Source: Burkholderiales bacterium
GTDB lineage: Bacteria > Pseudomonadota > Gammaproteobacteria > Burkholderiales > Eutrophovitaceae
Direction of reading: 5' to 3'
DNA length: 64,000 bases
Assembly (NCBI GenBank): GCA_028379895.1
Contig: JAOEKQ010000001.1
Span: 138,329-202,328, forward strand
Under the pieces are notes generated by a model. That model was not told the DNA's origin and made no database searches. It saw nothing but the letters and a program-made list of their open reading frames with translations. Numbering within the stretch: position 1 is the first letter of the stretch; every line of letters starts with the position of its first letter. This document shows positions 59,851 through 64,000 of this stretch, piece after piece. A program made the position numbers and the translations under genes.

Positions 59851-61905
59851 ATGATTCAAAACAGTGCTTTATGTGATTTTAAAGAATTGCCGCAATTCTC
59901 GAAATTCAAAGTTGAGGAAGTAGCACCCGCCATTAAGTATTTAATTGACCAAGCTGAAAAGTCCATCGGAAAAGTTTCTTCGCAAGGCAAGAATACCTGG
60001 AACGATACAGTTGAGCCCATTACAGCAGCTGTTGACCAAGTCAGTAGGGCTTGGGGACAGGTTGGCCATTTAAACTCAGTAATTAACTCGGAGGATTTAA
60101 GAGCGGTCTACAACGAGTTGTTGCCCGAAGTGTCTGATTTTTATACGCGGTTGTCTCAAAATAAAAAAATCTACCAAAATTTTAAAAGTGTTTATGAAGC
60201 TCAAGGCGCAAATAAGTTAAATGGTGAACGTAAAAAGTTGCTTGAGAATGAGCTTAGGGATTACCGACTGAGTGGCGTTGATTTAGCGGATGGCGAGCAA
60301 AAAAGGTATCAGGAGCTATCCAAAAAGCTCGCTTCGCTTTCAGCTAAATTTAGTGATAACGTCCTCGACGCTACGGATCATTTTGTTCTAGATGTTACAG
60401 ACTTTGATCGCCTTCAGGGTCTGCCGGAGGCGATTATTTCTGAGGCGAAGGCAAAGGCTGCTTCCCTAGGTAAAGATGGTTGGTCTTTTACGCTAAAGGC
60501 GCCTTGTTGGGTTCCGTTTATGGAGAGTTGTTTTGACCGCAAGCTTCGCGAGGAGATGTATCGTGCTTACGTTACTAGAGCTTCAGATTTTGGTGAATCG
60601 CAGTTTGATAATTCTGCAATAATTACAGATATTCTGAGTGCGCGTCACGAAAAAGCCAAGCTATTGGGGTTCGACAGTTTCGCTCACTTGTCGTTTGCAA
60701 CTAAAATGGCGACTGACCCTAAACGCGCTTTAGAGTTAATGACTGAGTTGTCTCAAAAAGCTCGATCTCGAGCTGAGGCCGAGTATCAGATGTTAATCGA
60801 GTACGCCTCATCGTATTTGGGGATTAGTGACCTAATGCCATGGGATATTAGTTTTGTAGCTCAAAAAATTAAGGAGGAGCGGTATACCTTTAAAGACGAA
60901 GATTTAAGACAATATTTTCCAGTGAAAAGGTGTGTCGATGGTTTATTTGATCTATTGAGTAGTCTATACGGGGTCTCCGTTGCTGAGAAGCAAGGGGAGC
61001 TGTGGAATCCTAGCGTAAAGTTATATGAATTGAAGGATCGCGCGGATCATTTAATTGGTTATTTTTATATGGACTTGTTTGCAAGAGATGGCAAGCGTTC
61101 CGGAGCATGGATGGACGACGCAGTAGGGAGGTGGAAGACAGATCGTCATACGCAGCTTCCTGTGGCGTATCTGGTTTGTAATTTTCCGTCGGCGACGGAA
61201 GGTTCGCCTGATGCTTATCTCAGTCATAACGAGGTAGAGACATTATTTCACGAGTGCGGACATGTCATGCATCACTTGATGACAAAAATTGATGAGCTGG
61301 GTATATCCGGCATCAATGGTGTGGAATGGGACGCGGTAGAGTTACCTAGTCAATTTATGGAAAATTTTTGTTGGGATTGGAGCATTATTAAAAAAATATC
61401 GAGCGATGCTTCGGGGCTTGGACACATGCCAGAGGAGCTGTTTGAGAAGATGGTTGAGGCGAAAAATTTCATGAGCGGAATACAGACGCTTAGACAAGTA
61501 GAATTCTCTGTCTTCGATTTACTTGTGCATCTAGACACCCCTGCAGAGAACCTCGATGGAGTGATGAGTATTCTTGAGGACTTGCGTAAGGACCTCTCAG
61601 TAATTCCGGTCCCTGAGTACAATCGGTTCCCGCATAGTTTTTCTCATATATTTGCTGGCGGCTACGCTGCTGGATATTACAGCTACAAGTGGGCCGAAGT
61701 TTTATCCGCAGATGCTTTCGGTATGTCTCAAGAGAATGTGATGTCTCTGGAGGAGATCGGTACCAAGTTCCTAGAGGAGGTGATTTCAAAAGGAGGACTT
61801 AGACCCTCTCTTGAGAATTTCATCAGCTTTCGAGGAAGGGAGCCAAAAATCGATGCACTATTGCAGCATACTGGGCTATCTGAGCACGCTAGATCACCGG
61901 CTTAA
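59851..61905 (+). CDS. prlC: Oligopeptidase A (M3 family)
   Basis: 684 aa with zinc site FHECGHVMHH and M3 C-terminal signatures. Confidence 0.9.
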   Translation: MIQNSALCDFKELPQFSKFKVEEVAPAIKYLIDQAEKSIGKVSSQGKNTWNDTVEPITAAVDQVSRAWGQVGHLNSVINSEDLRAVYNELLPEVSDFYTRLSQNKKIYQNFKSVYEAQGANKLNGERKKLLENELRDYRLSGVDLADGEQKRYQELSKKLASLSAKFSDNVLDATDHFVLDVTDFDRLQGLPEAIISEAKAKAASLGKDGWSFTLKAPCWVPFMESCFDRKLREEMYRAYVTRASDFGESQFDNSAIITDILSARHEKAKLLGFDSFAHLSFATKMATDPKRALELMTELSQKARSRAEAEYQMLIEYASSYLGISDLMPWDISFVAQKIKEERYTFKDEDLRQYFPVKRCVDGLFDLLSSLYGVSVAEKQGELWNPSVKLYELKDRADHLIGYFYMDLFARDGKRSGAWMDDAVGRWKTDRHTQLPVAYLVCNFPSATEGSPDAYLSHNEVETLFHECGHVMHHLMTKIDELGISGINGVEWDAVELPSQFMENFCWDWSIIKKISSDASGLGHMPEELFEKMVEAKNFMSGIQTLRQVEFSVFDLLVHLDTPAENLDGVMSILEDLRKDLSVIPVPEYNRFPHSFSHIFAGGYAAGYYSYKWAEVLSADAFGMSQENVMSLEEIGTKFLEEVISKGGLRPSLENFISFRGREPKIDALLQHTGLSEHARSPA

Positions 61906-61961
61906 GTGTCATTGTAATTTCGATTTAGTCCGTTGATGCAAATGACTACAAGGTTAGCGAA

Positions 61962-62729
61962 ATGCGAATAGTGACATGGAATGTAAATTCTTTAAAAGTA
62001 AGATTTCCTCATTTAGAGGTCTTGCTCAAGGAGCACACACCTGATTTTGTTTGTTTGCAAGAAACTAAGACTGAGGATAAAAATTTTCTCAAAGAGGATA
62101 TAAAAAATCTGGGTTATTCTGTTGTTTACCATGGACAGAAGACGTATAACGGTGTGGCCATTCTCTCACGCGAAAAAATGTTCGATGTCCAGGTAGGCAT
62201 TCCTGGTTTACAAGATGAGCAAGCTCGGGTAATCGCGGCAACAAGCATTGACGGCTTACGAGTAATTAATGCCTACGTTCCTAATGGAGACTCAATTGAG
62301 TCTCAAAAATATCAATATAAACTTAATTGGTTAAGGGCTTTTGTTGATTTTGTTCTTGCTGAAGTCAGACAACATAATAGGATTGTGGTTTTGGGTGACT
62401 TCAATATCGCTCCAAAAGATGCTGATGTTTACGACGCTGATGCTTTTCGTGACAAGGTGTTATGCACAAAGCAAGAGAGAGATTTATATGAAGAGCTGCT
62501 AGAAATTGGATTATGTGACAGCCTAGATGAATTCCTTGATGACTTGGAAAGATTTACTTGGTGGGATTACCGGATGAACGCATTTAGGCGGAAGCTTGGC
62601 TTAAGGATTGATCATATTTTAATGTCAGTCGGGTTGCGTGATCAATGCGTATCAGTTGAAGTGCTTAAATCTTTTCGTAAAATGGAGCGTCCCTCCGATC
62701 ACGCTCCTGTCATGGCAATTATCCATTGA
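61962..62729 (+). CDS. xthA: Exodeoxyribonuclease III
   Basis: 255 aa with MRIVTWNVNS, CLQETK, GDFNIAP and SDHAPV. Confidence 0.92.
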   Translation: MRIVTWNVNSLKVRFPHLEVLLKEHTPDFVCLQETKTEDKNFLKEDIKNLGYSVVYHGQKTYNGVAILSREKMFDVQVGIPGLQDEQARVIAATSIDGLRVINAYVPNGDSIESQKYQYKLNWLRAFVDFVLAEVRQHNRIVVLGDFNIAPKDADVYDADAFRDKVLCTKQERDLYEELLEIGLCDSLDEFLDDLERFTWWDYRMNAFRRKLGLRIDHILMSVGLRDQCVSVEVLKSFRKMERPSDHAPVMAIIH

Positions 62730-62767
62730 TGAAACTATATGGCTCCGAAACTATAATTAATTTGGAA

Positions 62768-64000
62768 TTACTTTTTGCCTAGCGAGAGATTCAGTTCCGA
62801 TATTTTACGAGCAATAGTATTCCGTCCTATGCCGAGCAAATTTGCCGCCTCTATTTTTCGTCCAGCGGTAAACGTTAGAGCCCTCGATATCAGCGCTTTT
62901 TCAAAAGTTTGCGTCAATCCCTCGTATAAGCCCGTACTGCCGCTTTGCAATAGCTGATCAACTTCTTTGCTAAGCAATTGATGCCATCCCTCGTCTGGAT
63001 CTGTTGATTTGTCGATCTCGTGTTTAAAATCTTTAGGGAGATCAGAAACGTCTACGGATGCGCCTGGTGCCATAATCGTCACCCAGTGACAGAGGTTTTC
63101 TAGTTGACGGACGTTACCATGCCATGATTTAGTTTGGAGGTAACTAAGCGCTTCTTTTGTAAAATATTTTCGTTGGGCATTTAGTTTTGCCGCATTTTTT
63201 TCTAAGAAAAAATCTGCGAGTAGTGAAATATCCTCGCTGCGTTCTCTAAGTGGCGGGACTTTTATTCGAATGACATTGAGCCGGTGAAAAAGGTCCTCAC
63301 GAAACAAGCCTTCATCAACTCTTTGTTCTAAATCTTGGTGTGTGGCTGCGAGTACTCTTACGTTTGCTTTAAGGGGATCATGACCACCAACGCGATAGTA
63401 ATGACCGTCAGATAAAACGCGGAGTAATCGCGTTTGCAGTTCTGCGGGCATATCGCCTATCTCGTCAAGAAATAGGGTGCCACCTGCGGCTTGTTCGAAC
63501 CGGCCTTTTCTCGTTGTTTGTGCGCCTGTGAATGAGCCGCGCTCGTGTCCAAATAACTCTGATTCAAGTAATTCTTTGGGGATTGATGCAGTATTTATAG
63601 CGACGAAGGGTTTACCGCTGCGTTGACTGTGCTGATGAAGTGCCTGAGCGATTAGCTCTTTTCCAGTACCTGATTCCCCTGTGATGAGCACGGTTGCATC
63701 TGTTTGTGACAGACGCCCGATTATTCGGAAAACCTCTTGCATCGATTTCGCTTGACCCAGTAAACCATTCGGATTTTCAGAGTTATCCGTATTTGTGGTT
63801 TGCTCATCACTTTTTTTAATTGCTCGTTGGATAAGTTCGACCGCGGCATCAATGTCAAATGGCTTTGCTAAATACTCGAAGGCCCCTCTTTGGAAAGCGG
63901 CAACTGCACTATCGAGATCAGAATGCGCTGTCATAATAATTGTTGGGACCTTTGGAAATTTTTCATTAATTTCACTTAGAAGGTCCAACCCGCTATTGCC
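62768..64000 (-). CDS. ntrC: Sigma-54-dependent nitrogen response regulator NtrC (NR-I); N-terminus of the receiver domain lies outside the window
   Basis: Receiver tail ([31 protein letters not shown]), AAA+ domain ([22 protein letters not shown]) and a C-terminal Fis-type HTH. The reading frame stays open to position 64000. Confidence 0.9.
   Translation of the reverse strand, partial: GNSGLDLLSEINEKFPKVPTIIMTAHSDLDSAVAAFQRGAFEYLAKPFDIDAAVELIQRAIKKSDEQTTNTDNSENPNGLLGQAKSMQEVFRIIGRLSQTDATVLITGESGTGKELIAQALHQHSQRSGKPFVAINTASIPKELLESELFGHERGSFTGAQTTRKGRFEQAAGGTLFLDEIGDMPAELQTRLLRVLSDGHYYRVGGHDPLKANVRVLAATHQDLEQRVDEGLFREDLFHRLNVIRIKVPPLRERSEDISLLADFFLEKNAAKLNAQRKYFTKEALSYLQTKSWHGNVRQLENLCHWVTIMAPGASVDVSDLPKDFKHEIDKSTDPDEGWHQLLSKEVDQLLQSGSTGLYEGLTQTFEKALISRALTFTAGRKIEAANLLGIGRNTIARKISELNLSLGKK

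Overview
This 64-kb window is a chromosomal, mostly housekeeping segment of an AT-rich proteobacterium. The synteny suggests a Burkholderiales-like betaproteobacterium, but this is inference only. It rests on a lipoyl-domain LpdA and the blocks gshB-EIIA(Man)-HPr-EI, glnK-amtB, glyQS-gmhB-plsC, miaB-phoH-ybeY-corC-lnt, apaG/rpe-gph-trpEGDC, lptFG divergent from pepA-holC-valS, and yqgE-ruvX-pyrR-pyrB. I can support about 63 protein-coding genes, including two sub-60-aa ORFs missing from the track, plus one tRNA(CAT), a sigma-54 promoter with an NtrC-type palindrome upstream of glnK-amtB, and three clear intrinsic terminators. I see no rRNA, CRISPR array, transposase, integrase, prophage, toxin-antitoxin pair or recognisable defence module. 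The only block that looks accessory is about 8.8-20.2 kb. It holds an OYE reductase, an acyl-CoA-dehydrogenase-fold protein lacking both canonical catalytic glutamates, a MATE exporter, an MDR reductase, a GST-like protein, two paralogous secreted HExxH-x14-E metallopeptidase-like proteins, an amidase and a secreted unknown protein. Other points worth a second look are listed here. msrP has an apparent frameshift inside a G10 tract, and yqgE/algH has a second apparent frameshift. Two tandem porin paralogs have near-identical ends and 3' flanks but diverged middles. There is an orphan FkbM methyltransferase next to the tRNA, and a possible 31-aa membrane-protein ORF. I did not find convincing evidence of a wholly new multi-gene system. 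The peptidase-peptidase-amidase-unknown cluster and the ACAD-fold/OYE pair are the best candidates, and both remain hypotheses.
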